Shown: positions 8,600-18,875, numbered from the stretch's first letter. The stretch: DNA of 64,000 bases from Gemmatimonadaceae bacterium (GCA_039924785.1 JBDTAE010000164.1:4101-68100); one strand, 5' to 3'. The notes: a model not told the origin generated them from the letters alone. Translations and numbers: made by a program.

Positions 8600-10207
8600 T
8601 CAGTGCGCAACCGCCGGGCTTTCACGAAATGATTTCGTACTTCCAAGAATCATCACGAGCGCGGCAAAGCCGGCGTACGCCACGGTCCAGTGATACGGGA
8701 GGATCGAACCCGTCGTCCACGGCAGATAGATCCCGCCCGTGGGCGTTACAGAGTGGATGAACCCAAAGAACGACAGGAACGCACACGCCGCGAGCGACGC
8801 GGCGGCCGCCTTGATCCGTCGATCGATCAAGAACGCGACCGCTGCGCCCCACAACATCGCAGTGAGAATAAACCCGTGCGCGAGCAACACCATCACGCCA
8901 ACCGTGCTGATGAAATCGGGATTCGTTAAACCCGTTGCCTTCATGGTGCCCGCGGGATCGATCGCCGCACTCATGAGCTGACCATTGTACACCTGGGACA
9001 GGAAGATCTGCACGAGCTGAGCGACCGACGGAAAAATCGCGAGCGTCACCGCGGCCGCGTGCCGCTTCGGCGTCGCGAGGTAACTCTGCTCCGTAATGTC
9101 GAGCGCAACGAAGACGAGAATCGGCGCGAGCGCAGGCTTCGGAAGCGCATCCGCCATGAAGGCGATGTAGCCGAAGATTCCACCGAGTCCGATGAAGAGA
9201 CCGGTCGCAAGCGTGTATCCGGCCCGCCCGCCCATCGCCTTGTAGGCGGGATGCCCGATGTACGGCGTCGACTGGCTCACGCCGCCGCACACACCGGCAA
9301 TCAACGTCGCAATTGCTTCCGTGAGCAGAATATCGCGCGTGTTGTAATCGTCTCCCGCGATGCGCGCACTCTCCGTCACGTTGATACCGCCAATCACCGT
9401 GAGAATCGCGAACGGAAGCGCGAGCGGAATATATTCGCGGACCGCGATCGGCATACCTTGCAAGAATCCTAAAGTCGGGAGCGGGAAGCCGATCGGGAAA
9501 TTCGCCACCGGCGCAACGACGTGATGCACCGACAATCCAAGCGCCCCGAGTCCGTAATACAGCGCGGCGCCGAGAACCACGCTCGCCAACACCTCAGGCG
9601 CGCGGAACGGAAGCCGGATTTTCGCCACCAACGCGTACAGAATGACGCCGAGCGCCATCATGCCGACGATTGGCTCGCCGTAGATCTCGCCGAGTTGCAG
9701 AGTGCCGAGCAGCGCGATGCCGACACCGCCGATCGAACCGAGCAAACCGGCTTCGGGAATCGCGCGACGAATGCGATCACCGACGAATGACATGATGAGC
9801 TTGAACACGCCCATCAGCACCATCACCGCCATCCCGACCTGCCACGCGACGACGGCTGCCTCGTTCGCCGGCATCTTCGCTTTCGCCGCCAGGAACGCGG
9901 GGCCGAGCACGGTGAGCGCCATTCCGATGGTCGACGGCGCATCGAGCCCGAGCGGCATGGCCGTCACATCAGTTCGGCCGGTCCGTTTCGCGAGGCGAAT
10001 CGCCATCACCGTGTAAACCACGTCGCCGAACAGGACGCCGAGCGCTGTGCCCGGAAACATTCTCGTGTAAACGAGCGTGGCGGGAAAACCGAAACCGGCG
10101 ACGAGGATTCCCGCCAGGACCGCGAGATTTACCACGTTGTCGAGCATCAAGCCGAAGAATGCGTTGATGTCGCCCGCGGCTGCCCACTTGTACGAGGGTG
10201 TGTTCAT
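8600..10207 (-). CDS. NCS2/AzgA-like nucleobase (purine) permease
   Basis: ATG at 10207 gives MNTPSYKWAAAGDINAFFGLMLDNV..., a 535-aa polytopic membrane protein resembling COG2252-type xanthine/uracil/adenine permeases. The upstream part of the long ORF is Arg-rich and unlikely to be coding. Confidence 0.75.
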   Translation of the reverse strand: MNTPSYKWAAAGDINAFFGLMLDNVVNLAVLAGILVAGFGFPATLVYTRMFPGTALGVLFGDVVYTVMAIRLAKRTGRTDVTAMPLGLDAPSTIGMALTVLGPAFLAAKAKMPANEAAVVAWQVGMAVMVLMGVFKLIMSFVGDRIRRAIPEAGLLGSIGGVGIALLGTLQLGEIYGEPIVGMMALGVILYALVAKIRLPFRAPEVLASVVLGAALYYGLGALGLSVHHVVAPVANFPIGFPLPTLGFLQGMPIAVREYIPLALPFAILTVIGGINVTESARIAGDDYNTRDILLTEAIATLIAGVCGGVSQSTPYIGHPAYKAMGGRAGYTLATGLFIGLGGIFGYIAFMADALPKPALAPILVFVALDITEQSYLATPKRHAAAVTLAIFPSVAQLVQIFLSQVYNGQLMSAAIDPAGTMKATGLTNPDFISTVGVMVLLAHGFILTAMLWGAAVAFLIDRRIKAAAASLAACAFLSFFGFIHSVTPTGGIYLPWTTGSILPYHWTVAYAGFAALVMILGSTKSFRESPAVAH

Positions 10208-10290
10208 GGCGCACGAAGATAGGATGGCGGACCTCGCCGGGCCACCGTACTTTGTCGGGCACTTCCAAACTTTTCTTATCCAATGAGGCG

Positions 10291-10692
10291 ATGATGCGTC
10301 ACTGCTTGATGTATCAAGGCGGGTTCGAGCGGAATTTTTCCGGGCTGAAGGCTGGCGCCACAACGTTCGTAGGCACCGACGGTTCCGCGCACGAGATTCC
10401 CGCGATGCCGGCGGAGGTCGACGGCGTGTGTGTTGGATATATGGAAAAGGCAGGAAAGAAATTCGCCGCGGTCCGCGTGCAGCACGGAACGGGCGACGTG
10501 GTGCTGCAGCATGAGGTGCTCCTCGATCCATCGCGCCACATGAGCCACGGCAAGCGATTCTCGCCCGAGCCGACGATCGTCGACGACGAAGCGATGGCGA
10601 CCTTGCTCGCCGACATCATGGCGAAGAACGTCGATCAACAGAAGGAATTGGCAAAGATTCGCAGCAGCTTCTCGATCACCGGCCACAAATAG
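10291..10692 (+). CDS. Hypothetical protein
   Basis: 133 aa from the ATG ATG at 10291, divergent from the permease. No family recognised. Sense-like composition and position in a compact plus-strand gene run. Confidence 0.5.
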   Translation: MMRHCLMYQGGFERNFSGLKAGATTFVGTDGSAHEIPAMPAEVDGVCVGYMEKAGKKFAAVRVQHGTGDVVLQHEVLLDPSRHMSHGKRFSPEPTIVDDEAMATLLADIMAKNVDQQKELAKIRSSFSITGHK

Positions 10693-10726
10693 CGCCGGAT
10701 TGTGCGCTGTCGCGAGTGAGGTGACG

Positions 10727-11254
10727 ATGGCGCACGTCGTATTTCTTCGAGCGGCAAACGTCGGCGGAAACAACGTGTTCCGCCCGTCTCAACTCGTGCT
10801 CGCGCTGTCGCATCTCGACGTCGTCAACATCGGGGCCGCGGGCACGTTCGTCGTTCGAGCCAAGGCGACGCCGACAGCAATTCGTCGCGAGATCGTTTCG
10901 CGACTGCCGTTCGAAACGGCGATCGTGATCCGGCCCGGGAAGGACGTCCTGTCGCTCGTGAAGAGCGATCCGTTTCGCGGGGAGAAATTCTCGAAAGACC
11001 TTCGCGGCTGGGTGGGCGTGCTCACGGGGAAGCCCAAGAGACAGGCTGTCTTTCCGATCGCGTCCCCGCCAAAAGACGACTGGAGCGTTCGATTCGACGC
11101 AGTCGACGGCGCATTCGCGCTCGGCATGTGGCAACGGCGACCCGGCAGCTTTCACATTCCCGCTACCGTCGTCGAAAAAGCGATCGGCGTGTCTTCGACC
11201 GTGCGTTGGTGGGAGACCATCGTAAAGATCGGGAAAGTGCTGGAACAGCGCTGA
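10727..11254 (+). CDS. DUF1697 family protein
   Basis: MAHVVFLRAANVGGNNVF... matches the characteristic DUF1697 N-terminus (LLRGINVGG-type). GAGG lies upstream of the ATG at 10727. Confidence 0.7.
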   Translation: MAHVVFLRAANVGGNNVFRPSQLVLALSHLDVVNIGAAGTFVVRAKATPTAIRREIVSRLPFETAIVIRPGKDVLSLVKSDPFRGEKFSKDLRGWVGVLTGKPKRQAVFPIASPPKDDWSVRFDAVDGAFALGMWQRRPGSFHIPATVVEKAIGVSSTVRWWETIVKIGKVLEQR

Positions 11255-11278
11255 CCGCAATCCTCCTACAAAATCGCG

Positions 11279-12775
11279 ATGCATCTGACACAACTCTTCG
11301 ATCTCTCGTTTCGAGGACGCGCAAGCGAGATCGGGTTGGAGTACGCGGCCGCGGGTGAGTCGACGGAAGCGTTCACGTTCGGCGAAATAGACGCGCGCGC
11401 AAACCGAATGGCGGCCGAGCTGGTACGGCGAGGCATTGGCAAAGGCGACCGACTGTGCCTTCACCTCGAAAATCGCATCGAATTCATCGACCTCTACCTC
11501 GCGTGCACACGCCTCGGCGTCATCATGGTGCCGATGAATGTGCTGTACCGCGAACGCGAGCTTCGCCACATCATAAGCGATGCGTCGCCAAAAGCGGTGG
11601 TCGTCGCGCGCGAAACCGGCGCCGTGTATCCCGACGACGCGACGATCTGGTACATCGACGACCTCTCGACGAGTGCGGAAAAGCAAAACGCCGCTCGACC
11701 CCCACTGAATCTCGACGGTGACGATCCCGCGTTGATCGTCTACACATCGGGCACGACCGGCGTCGCGAAGGGCGCTGTGCTCTCGCACAACAACCTTGCG
11801 GCAAACGGCATCACCGTCACGACGACATGGCGCATCACAAGCGCTGACCGATATCTCGGGGTGCTGCCGCTCTTTCACGTGCACGGACTCGGAAACGGAA
11901 TTCATAGTTGGCTCATCAGCGGCTGCCGAATGCGACTGCTCGAGCGCTTCGACCAGCGGACCACGCCGGCGGTGCTCGCCGAGTTCAAGCCGACGTTGTT
12001 CTTCGGTGTGCCGACGATCTATGTGCGATTGCTCGATCCGGCGATTGTGTCCGACGAACAAGCGAAGACGATCGGCGCGAGCGCGCGTCTCTTCGTCTCG
12101 GGGTCTGCTCCACTTCCAGCTCACGTGCACGATGCGTTTCGCAGCCGCTACGGCACGACGATTCTCGAGCGCTATGGTATGAGCGAAGCGCTGATGATCA
12201 TGAGTAATCTTTATGAAGGCGACCGACGCGCCGGATCTGTTGGGCCGCCGTTGCCGGGAGTTTCTGCGAGAGTCGTCAGCGAGAAAGGCGACGTGCTGGG
12301 CGATGACGAGGTCGGTGAAGTCGAAATCCAATCGCCGCACCTCTTCGCCGAATATTGGCAGCGACCCGACGCGACGACGGCCGCGTTTCACGACGGCTGG
12401 TTTCGCACTGGCGATGTCGCCGTTCGTTCGCCCGACGGGTTCTACACGCTGCGCGGGCGACGGGGCGACCTGATCATCAGCGGCGGCTTCAACATCTATC
12501 CACGCGAGATCGAGGAGATGCTGCTCGAAGATTCGCGCGTGTATGAGGCGGCGGTTGTCGGCGTGCCCGACGACGTTCGCGGCGAGGTGCCGATCGCGTA
12601 CATCGCCGCGTCGGACGACCTGAACGTCGCGGAGCTCGAGGCGGGGTGCCGGTCGCAGCTCGCGTCGTTCAAGATTCCTCGTGCCTTCGTTCGCGTCGCG
12701 ACGCTTCCACGAACGGCACTCGGCAAGGTGCAGAAGCATCTGCTGCCGCCGTGGACGCCGCCGACCAAATCGTGA
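11279..12775 (+). CDS. AMP-dependent acyl-CoA synthetase/ligase (class I adenylate-forming)
   Basis: 498 aa. AMP-binding motif YTSGTTGVAKGA, GWFRTGD, C-terminal GKVQK. Confidence 0.9.
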   Translation: MHLTQLFDLSFRGRASEIGLEYAAAGESTEAFTFGEIDARANRMAAELVRRGIGKGDRLCLHLENRIEFIDLYLACTRLGVIMVPMNVLYRERELRHIISDASPKAVVVARETGAVYPDDATIWYIDDLSTSAEKQNAARPPLNLDGDDPALIVYTSGTTGVAKGAVLSHNNLAANGITVTTTWRITSADRYLGVLPLFHVHGLGNGIHSWLISGCRMRLLERFDQRTTPAVLAEFKPTLFFGVPTIYVRLLDPAIVSDEQAKTIGASARLFVSGSAPLPAHVHDAFRSRYGTTILERYGMSEALMIMSNLYEGDRRAGSVGPPLPGVSARVVSEKGDVLGDDEVGEVEIQSPHLFAEYWQRPDATTAAFHDGWFRTGDVAVRSPDGFYTLRGRRGDLIISGGFNIYPREIEEMLLEDSRVYEAAVVGVPDDVRGEVPIAYIAASDDLNVAELEAGCRSQLASFKIPRAFVRVATLPRTALGKVQKHLLPPWTPPTKS

Positions 12776-14067
12776 ACGACGCATCGGCAACGCGTGCCCC
12801 TTCGACGCGAACGAAGCTCAACCGGCAGCAGATCGTGGGCTTCTGGGCGGCGTGGACCGGCTGGCTGCTCGACGGAATGGATTCGGTCATTTACGCGCTC
12901 GTGCTCGCGCCCGCGCTGACCGAACTATTACCGCGGTCGGGGATGGACGCGTCTCCAACAAATGTTGGATTCGTCGGCTCGGTATTGTTCGCGGTATTTC
13001 TCGCCGGGTGGGGGTTTTCGTTTCTGTGGGGTCCGATCGCGGACCGGTTCGGACGCACGCGTGCGCTCGCAGCGACGATCCTCGTCTACGCATTATTCAC
13101 GGGCGCGGCGGCGTTCTCGCAGAACGTGTGGCAGCTTGGCCTCTTTCGATTTCTCGCCGGCGTTGGTGTAGGCGGCGAGTGGGCGATGGCGGGAACGTAT
13201 GTCGCCGAAGCGTGGCCGGAGGACCGGCGAAAGATGGGAGCGGGATACCTGCAGACCGGCTACTACTTCGGATTTTTCTTCGCGGCAGCGCTCAACTACA
13301 CCGTCGGCGCGCACTATGGCTGGCGTGCGATGTTCCTCTGCGGGTTCGTGCCGGTGATCGTCTCGGTGCTGACGCTACGCAAAGTCAAAGAACCGGCGCG
13401 ATGGGTCGCGCACGCGGGAGAGGCGAAGCGCGCGCACCCGCTCGCCGAGATTCTCGGTCCACGCTATCGAAAGCGAACGCTCGTCAATGCAGGTTTGCTC
13501 ACGGTTGCGATCATTGGCCTTTGGGCGGGCGCGGTGTACGAGCCGGCCGCGATCACGACGCTCGCGAAGAAGGCGGGCCTGATCGGACCAGCGGTATCGA
13601 AGATGGTGTCCATCGGAACAGGTGTCCTCTCGATTGGTACCGTACTCGGCTGCATCTGTCTGCCGATTCTTGCCGAGCGGTGGGGCCGCAAGACGACCCT
13701 CGCGATGTACTTCGCGGGAATGGCCGTCACGATTCCGCTCGCGTTCGGATGGGCATTCTACCTGGAGAACGGACTCACGCCCTTCATTGTGGTCCTGTTC
13801 TTCATGGGGTTCGCGGGCGGGAGTTTCGCGGCGTTCAGTCTGTGGTTGCCGGAGCAGTATGACACGCGGGTTCGCGCGACGGCGTTCGCGTTCTCCACGT
13901 CCGTCGGCCGATTCGTCGGTGCGTTCGTGAACTTCGCGCTCGCCGCCTTGGTGCTTCGCATGGGAACGCTCGGAAAGCCCGTTGCATTCACGGCGATCGC
14001 GTTCGTGTTGGGAATTCTCATCATTCCATTCGCGATCGAAACGACTGGTCAGCGATTGCCGGAGTAG
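12772..14067 (+). CDS. MFS transporter
   Basis: GTG at 12772 overlaps the ligase stop (GTGA). About 12 predicted TM segments. MFS loop motif GPIADRFGRTR. Confidence 0.8.
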   Translation: MNDASATRAPSTRTKLNRQQIVGFWAAWTGWLLDGMDSVIYALVLAPALTELLPRSGMDASPTNVGFVGSVLFAVFLAGWGFSFLWGPIADRFGRTRALAATILVYALFTGAAAFSQNVWQLGLFRFLAGVGVGGEWAMAGTYVAEAWPEDRRKMGAGYLQTGYYFGFFFAAALNYTVGAHYGWRAMFLCGFVPVIVSVLTLRKVKEPARWVAHAGEAKRAHPLAEILGPRYRKRTLVNAGLLTVAIIGLWAGAVYEPAAITTLAKKAGLIGPAVSKMVSIGTGVLSIGTVLGCICLPILAERWGRKTTLAMYFAGMAVTIPLAFGWAFYLENGLTPFIVVLFFMGFAGGSFAAFSLWLPEQYDTRVRATAFAFSTSVGRFVGAFVNFALAALVLRMGTLGKPVAFTAIAFVLGILIIPFAIETTGQRLPE

Positions 14068-14074
14068 CAAAGCA

Positions 14075-14105
14075 GAAGGGCGGCGCATCGATCGCGCCGC
14101 CCTTC
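14075..14105. terminator. Bidirectional hairpin terminator between convergent genes
   Basis: Perfect 12-bp stem GAAGGGCGGCGC / GCGCCGCCCTTC with a 7-nt loop, between the MFS (+) and Spy-like (-) stops. The flanking T-tracts are weak. Confidence 0.6.
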
Positions 14106-14117
14106 GACTTCTCTCAT

Positions 14118-14591
14118 CTATCGATCAACCGGCGGAGCCGGCGGTGGTCCACCGCGACGGCCGCCAGGGCCGCCACCGCCCGGTGCAGGCGGAATGCATC
14201 CCGCGGCAACCTGCGCGGGTGTCAGGTACGTCGTGACAGTCTCAGCGAACTGCTTTCGGAATGGTGCGAGCTCGGCATTGATCGGCGCACCTTGCTCCAT
14301 GATCCCGCGAATCGCATCCTGCGTGCTTCCCGCTTGACGTGCGGCCCGCGACGCTTCCATGATCGCGCGCAAACTGTCCATCTGAGGCTGGTGCGCTTTG
14401 ACGAACGCGTCGCTCAGAGCTCTCACCTGCGCCTTCTGAGAATCAGTGAGCGAATCCGCGGTTGTTGCGGACCGCATCATCATACCAGGGCCACCGCGAC
14501 CGCCCGGCGGGCCGCCCGAGCGCTGCGCTCCGGCAACCGCCGTCGCCGCGAGCAACAACGGCGCGACGAACTTCCAAGTTCTAATTATCAT
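14118..14591 (-). CDS. Spy/CpxP-like periplasmic protein (LTxxQ motifs)
   Basis: ATG at 14591 gives a signal peptide MIIRTWKFVAPLLLAATAVAGA. LTDSQKAQV and LTPAQVAA motifs. Gly/Pro/Arg-rich termini. Confidence 0.65.
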   Translation of the reverse strand: MIIRTWKFVAPLLLAATAVAGAQRSGGPPGGRGGPGMMMRSATTADSLTDSQKAQVRALSDAFVKAHQPQMDSLRAIMEASRAARQAGSTQDAIRGIMEQGAPINAELAPFRKQFAETVTTYLTPAQVAAGCIPPAPGGGGPGGRRGGPPPAPPVDR

Positions 14592-14654
14592 GTATTCCTC
14601 GTTGCGAATGTTCAGGTGAATTGACATTCGCATGATGATTGTCATTCCATCAGC

Positions 14655-15410
14655 TTACGACGCGCTTCCGAACTCAGCGAGACAGGCTCTCGGGCCGCCA
14701 GTGAGACCGTTGCGGAAGTTCTGCATTCGCTGATCCTTCGTGCCGTGACTCTGCTGAGCGATGCGCGAGGCAATCCTCGCGTCAACACGCTCGTTGCCGG
14801 TCGGCTCCGGAATCGGATCGCCGGCGAGTGACATTCCAAAGAACGCCTCTTCGATGTCGCCCTTTTCGAGGTTGCCGTCGCGCTGCGATTGTTCCGCAAA
14901 CGCGCCAGCGAGACAATCTGCCGTCGCTTCATTCTGATACGATGATCGCGAATCGTGGCCGAGTTGAATCGCAACCGCATGTCCCATCTCGTGCGCGATG
15001 ATCCCCACCGCGGCCATGTCACCGTCAGTGCCGAGCGACAGGGCGGCCTGCTTTGCCATGCCCGCGGCGAAAACTTCGTCGTAGAAAATGGTATTCGCCT
15101 CAGGACAGTACTCCGCGTTGTTCGCCTGAATGACTCCGCACGAAGTCATGATCGTATGCTCATAACGGGCGATTCGCGGAACCTCGAACCGCGCGCCGGC
15201 GGTCTTGAATTCCTGGGTCCACATGGTCGCAAGCGCGCCGTACGCCATACGAATTTTTTCGTTCGACGCGTTCACGTCTTCCATCGTGACGCGAACGACC
15301 GGATCGCGGTCCGCGATGTGGCCAGCGGGAGCCGCGAAAGCAAATGAAGCAGACGCGGCCGCAAGCAACGTCGCTGTCGCAACCGTTTTGAATAACAGAG
15401 AACGAGTCAT
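14655..15410 (-). CDS. YpfJ-like neutral zinc metallopeptidase
   Basis: 251 aa. Signal peptide, HEMGH zinc motif, and YCPEANTIFYD / ADCLAGAF conserved blocks of PF04228-type proteins. Strong GGAGGA Shine-Dalgarno sequence. Confidence 0.8.
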   Translation of the reverse strand: MTRSLLFKTVATATLLAAASASFAFAAPAGHIADRDPVVRVTMEDVNASNEKIRMAYGALATMWTQEFKTAGARFEVPRIARYEHTIMTSCGVIQANNAEYCPEANTIFYDEVFAAGMAKQAALSLGTDGDMAAVGIIAHEMGHAVAIQLGHDSRSSYQNEATADCLAGAFAEQSQRDGNLEKGDIEEAFFGMSLAGDPIPEPTGNERVDARIASRIAQQSHGTKDQRMQNFRNGLTGGPRACLAEFGSAS

Positions 15411-15452
15411 TGTTTCCTCCGGCTGCTTACTACACGGAGAAACTCGCCATGT

Positions 15453-16706
15453 TCACGAACCTCGCGATTCGTACTCCGGTTCGCCCAGTTCCGGGGTGGC
15501 GCCCAATGAGCCTCTACTCGACAGCAGCCCTAACTTTCGGGTCACCCACGGTACCGTCGATCCGGGCAGAATCGAACCCACGACGACGACGAAAAACACA
15601 ACGTCGAATAGTGATCGCGCACCGGGTGCTCCACTCATCACCGGAATGGTCGCGAGAATGATCGGCACCGCGCCGCGCAATCCAACCCATCCGACGTACG
15701 CGATCTCACGCGGCGGGTAGCGAAACGGAGCGAGGCAGATTGCGACGACAAGCGGCCGCGCGACGAACGCGAGAAGGAGCGCGAGTGCCAGCCCCGTCTC
15801 CGCGACGGCCAAGAGTCGCGACGGGAACACGAGCAATCCGAGAAGTAGAAACATCACGATCTGGCTCAACCAACCCATTGCGTCGTGCACGCGCCGCAGG
15901 CTCGCGCCCTCAGGTAGCTCGCCATTGCCGAGCGTGATCCCGGCGACATACACCGCGAGAAAGCCGCTGCCATGCAACAACGTGGGCAATCCGTACGCGA
16001 GGCACGCGACGCCCAGCGTGAACACTGGATATAGGCCGGCTGCCGGCAACGTCACCTTGTTCACGCGCCATCGGCCCAGACGTCCAACTGCCCAGCCGAG
16101 CACTGCACCGATCACCAGTTCGGAAAGGACGTCACGGATCATTCTCGGAATCGTCTCGGAGCCGGGCACGAGCAGGTTCGCGGTGAGCGCAGTGGTAAGA
16201 ATGACGGCCATCGGATCGTTGAGGCCGGACTCGAGCTCCAACAAATGCGCGACGCGCTTCTTGAGATGCGTTCCGCTCGCGACGAGAACCGAAAACACGG
16301 CGGCGGCGTCGGTCGACGAAACAATGGCGCCGAGCACGAGCGCAGTCGGCCAGGGAAACGCGAGCAGGTGCGCGGCGAAGGCGGTGAGCAGCGCGGTGAG
16401 CACCACGCCGACAGTGGCGAGAACGCCCGCAGGTGCCGCGACTTCAGCAACCGCCGACGCCGGCGTATTCAATCCGCCATCAAAGAGAATCAGCACCAGT
16501 GCGCCGACGCCGATCTGAAACGTGACATGATAGTTCTCGAACGGGATTCGGCCGATGCCCTCCGACCCCGCCAGCACCCCGATCACGATGAACCCGAGCG
16601 CTAGCGGGACGCCCAGCCGCACGGATGCACGGCTGAGCGAAACCGCGACGGTAAGCAGCAGACCGAAGGCGGCGATGACGAGCGCAGGTGTCAGCGGCTC
16701 AACCAC
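15453..16706 (-). CDS. CPA1-type cation/proton antiporter (NhaP-like membrane domain)
   Basis: 417 aa, GTG start, polytopic. LESGLNDPMAV motif typical of Na+/H+ exchanger family proteins. Confidence 0.8.
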   Translation of the reverse strand: MVEPLTPALVIAAFGLLLTVAVSLSRASVRLGVPLALGFIVIGVLAGSEGIGRIPFENYHVTFQIGVGALVLILFDGGLNTPASAVAEVAAPAGVLATVGVVLTALLTAFAAHLLAFPWPTALVLGAIVSSTDAAAVFSVLVASGTHLKKRVAHLLELESGLNDPMAVILTTALTANLLVPGSETIPRMIRDVLSELVIGAVLGWAVGRLGRWRVNKVTLPAAGLYPVFTLGVACLAYGLPTLLHGSGFLAVYVAGITLGNGELPEGASLRRVHDAMGWLSQIVMFLLLGLLVFPSRLLAVAETGLALALLLAFVARPLVVAICLAPFRYPPREIAYVGWVGLRGAVPIILATIPVMSGAPGARSLFDVVFFVVVVGSILPGSTVPWVTRKLGLLSSRGSLGATPELGEPEYESRGS

Positions 16707-16724
16707 CGCACTCCGTCGCGTTCG

Positions 16725-17078
16725 TCATGACGTACCGGCAGTTCGCCGAGCGGTTCTGTCGCGCAAGAGCATTCCGAAACCAGAAAGGAAAAAGGCGGCC
16801 ATCGCGACGCAGATCGGAACAAGCAGCTTCGTCAGAAGCGCGTGCGGAAGGAAGAAAATGAGTGAGCCCGGCAAAAACGTAAGTAGCGTAACGGCGAGCC
16901 AGGGCTCAAAGCGCGGCGGCGAGTCGTCGGTGCCGAGGAACGGCGCCTCCGAGGACTCGGGCGAGGCGGGCCGAGTTGCGACGCGCGGCGCGGCAATCGG
17001 CATTGGCGTCGTTGTTGGGACTGAGGCGCGAACGACAAAGTCCTTTTTATCAGCCGGTTTCTTGGTCGAAATTGACAT
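16725..17078 (-). CDS. Small membrane protein, hypothetical
   Basis: ATG at 17078 preceded by GGAGGGG. 117 aa with two C-terminal TM helices. Ends 18 nt before the antiporter start, so co-transcription is likely. Confidence 0.5.
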   Translation of the reverse strand: MSISTKKPADKKDFVVRASVPTTTPMPIAAPRVATRPASPESSEAPFLGTDDSPPRFEPWLAVTLLTFLPGSLIFFLPHALLTKLLVPICVAMAAFFLSGFGMLLRDRTARRTAGTS

Positions 17079-17196
17079 TAAGTATTCCCCTCCGCGTGAG
17101 GTCACGCAGAAATAGTTTAAAATTGTGATAGTCGGATTTCGCGGTCGGCGATCGCTCGGCGAGTGCAAGAGCGGCCGACGGCGCGGGTAGAGCGCG

Positions 17197-17586
17197 CTAC
17201 AGACCGACTATGGACGGAGGGGCGGTGGCATCGTACGTGAACGCGCGCGCGTCGCGGGGGCGAAGACCTGTGGTCTCGACGTCGAGTCGTGATGTCGACG
17301 ATGTGGCGTCGAGGCGCGCAAGTCGCGCCGTAATCCACGCGTGCGGGAAATGCGCGGTGCGCGGTGCGCGGGCGTTGGGACCGGCGTTCGTCGCCAGATT
17401 CCAGAACGCGGGAATCGCGGCGGTGGAGAGCGAATGGCTCTGGACGACCGGCGCATTGCTCGCGCGCGCGGCAGAACGATCGGGCGCGATCGTGCCGAGA
17501 ACGAATGCGAGAACCGTGAAGAACGCCCGTACCGGGCTGCGCCGAAGATCCATACGAGAAAGATAACGATGCTGACGCACGAGCAT
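17197..17586 (-). CDS. Hypothetical secreted protein
   Basis: High third-position GC by eye. Signal-like MDLRRSPVRAFFTVLAFVLGTIAP. The ATG at 17586 overlaps the stop of the upstream DinB-like gene (TGATG). An alternative start is at 17553. Confidence 0.45.
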   Translation of the reverse strand: MLVRQHRYLSRMDLRRSPVRAFFTVLAFVLGTIAPDRSAARASNAPVVQSHSLSTAAIPAFWNLATNAGPNARAPRTAHFPHAWITARLARLDATSSTSRLDVETTGLRPRDARAFTYDATAPPSIVGL

Positions 17587-18077
17587 CAGCCGAACTCAAC
17601 CCTCGGCGGAGCCTGATCGGTGCCCACGCGTCCGCACTCGATGTCGGCCTTGTGATAGTTCTCGCCGCGAATGGGACTGCCGAACAGGCGCCGTAGCATT
17701 GTCAGTTGGCCAATGTGCTGCAACGCGTCGGCAACCGGACCTTGGAAGATCTTCTCTGGAGTGGCGCGGAGCGGCTCATCGCTCGTGAGGTGGTCATCCA
17801 GTGTCTGGAGGCCGGCGTGGAAACGCGAGACGTCACTTGCCCAATCCGAGGGCGTCGAATTCACCCATCGTTGCTCGCCGCGCAGCATCCAACTCGCCCA
17901 ATCGAGCAGATCGCAGACGTGCGCGAGAATTTCTCCGGGCGTTCGAGACCCAGGCGCGACGCAGAATGTGGCGAAATCGTGCGGCGCGTCGCGGAGAGGT
18001 TTATTGCCGCGGTACGCGACGGTCGCGAGTGTGTGGCGGAGCAGCTCGCGCGCCGAGATGTCGTGTGATGCCGTCAT
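17586..18077 (-). CDS. DinB_2-like (four-helix bundle, metal-binding) family protein
   Basis: 163 aa from the ATG at 18077. Spaced His residues (LRHTLATVAYRGN..., ILAHVCD..., LQHIGQL) typical of the DinB/YfiT-like superfamily. Confidence 0.6.
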   Translation of the reverse strand: MTASHDISARELLRHTLATVAYRGNKPLRDAPHDFATFCVAPGSRTPGEILAHVCDLLDWASWMLRGEQRWVNSTPSDWASDVSRFHAGLQTLDDHLTSDEPLRATPEKIFQGPVADALQHIGQLTMLRRLFGSPIRGENYHKADIECGRVGTDQAPPRVEFG

Positions 18078-18238
18078 GGTAGCCTTTCCGTGATGGTGCA
18101 ACGCCGAAGCTCGTCGCACTTACCGCGTTTGTCGAGCCTCGGGTTGCCATCACAGGCAGGGACGGGCCGCCGCTACGCCAAGCTGACGCGAGTCGAGCGG
18201 CCCCTCCGCGCCATTGCCCTTCGACGTACATTGGCGAA

Positions 18239-18832
18239 ATGAACACATCCCGACTCGAAGCGTTCAGCGATGGCGTGATCGCGATTCTCATCACGATCAT
18301 GATGCTCGAACTCCATGCGCCGCGTGGAGCGGATTGGCCGGCTCTCCGAGCTGTCTTTCCGTCGTTGCTCTCGTACTTACTGAGCTTCGTCTTTCTCGGG
18401 ATCTACTGGAACAATCATCACCACATGGTGCACCTCGTCGAGCGCGTGACGGGTGGAATCCTCTGGGCGAATCTACATTTGCTGTTCTGGCTGTCGCTCG
18501 TGCCGTTTGTAACCGGTTGGGTCAGCGAGGATCACTCGGAGCCGCTTCCGACGGCGATCTACGGATGCGTGCTGCTCGCATCGGCGGTCGCGTACACGAT
18601 TCTTCAGCAAACTATCATTGCGTCGCAGGGAGCGAAGTCGCCATTGCGAGCGGCCATTGGCAACGACGTGAAGGGACGACTGTCTGGACTGACGTACATC
18701 GCGGCCATTCCGCTCGCGTTCGTTCATCCGATGATCTCTGACGCGCTCTACACGGCAGTCGCAATCACATGGCTCGTGCCCGATCGCCGGATTGAACGGG
18801 TCAACATGAGAGCGGAGCGAGGGACGAGTTGA
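18239..18832 (+). CDS. TMEM175-family (DUF1211) potassium channel
   Basis: N-terminal signature RLEAFSDGVIAILITIMMLEL, followed by six TM helices. Confidence 0.8.
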   Translation: MNTSRLEAFSDGVIAILITIMMLELHAPRGADWPALRAVFPSLLSYLLSFVFLGIYWNNHHHMVHLVERVTGGILWANLHLLFWLSLVPFVTGWVSEDHSEPLPTAIYGCVLLASAVAYTILQQTIIASQGAKSPLRAAIGNDVKGRLSGLTYIAAIPLAFVHPMISDALYTAVAITWLVPDRRIERVNMRAERGTS

Positions 18833-18875
18833 TCGCGCGTCGCCGGCGAACACCGGATTCAGGGCCGTTTTGATA

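Noticed and set aside
10208-10290. Possible purine riboswitch in the leader of the nucleobase permease gene
   Set aside because: I reverse-complemented the 83-nt leader and looked for the conserved purine-riboswitch junction and loop sequences (UAUA...GGAUAUGG...UUUCUACC...CCGUAAA...GACUAUG-like). None are present and the leader is too short. A cmsearch with the purine model would settle it.
10676-12790. 704-aa ORF on the minus strand across the acyl-CoA ligase locus. Similar long antisense ORFs occur at 30371-31858, 32894-34021, 36804-38624, 46555-48045, 54255-55715, 57295-58449, 58731-60107 and 60737-62347.
   Set aside because: Their translations are Arg/Ala/Gly/Pro-rich with no recognisable motifs. 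The opposite strand in each case encodes a protein with clear family signatures (AMP-binding, SufD, SufB, kinase, PLP enzyme, cyclophilin, DUF1592/1552, ankyrin). Long stop-free antisense frames are expected in high-GC DNA.
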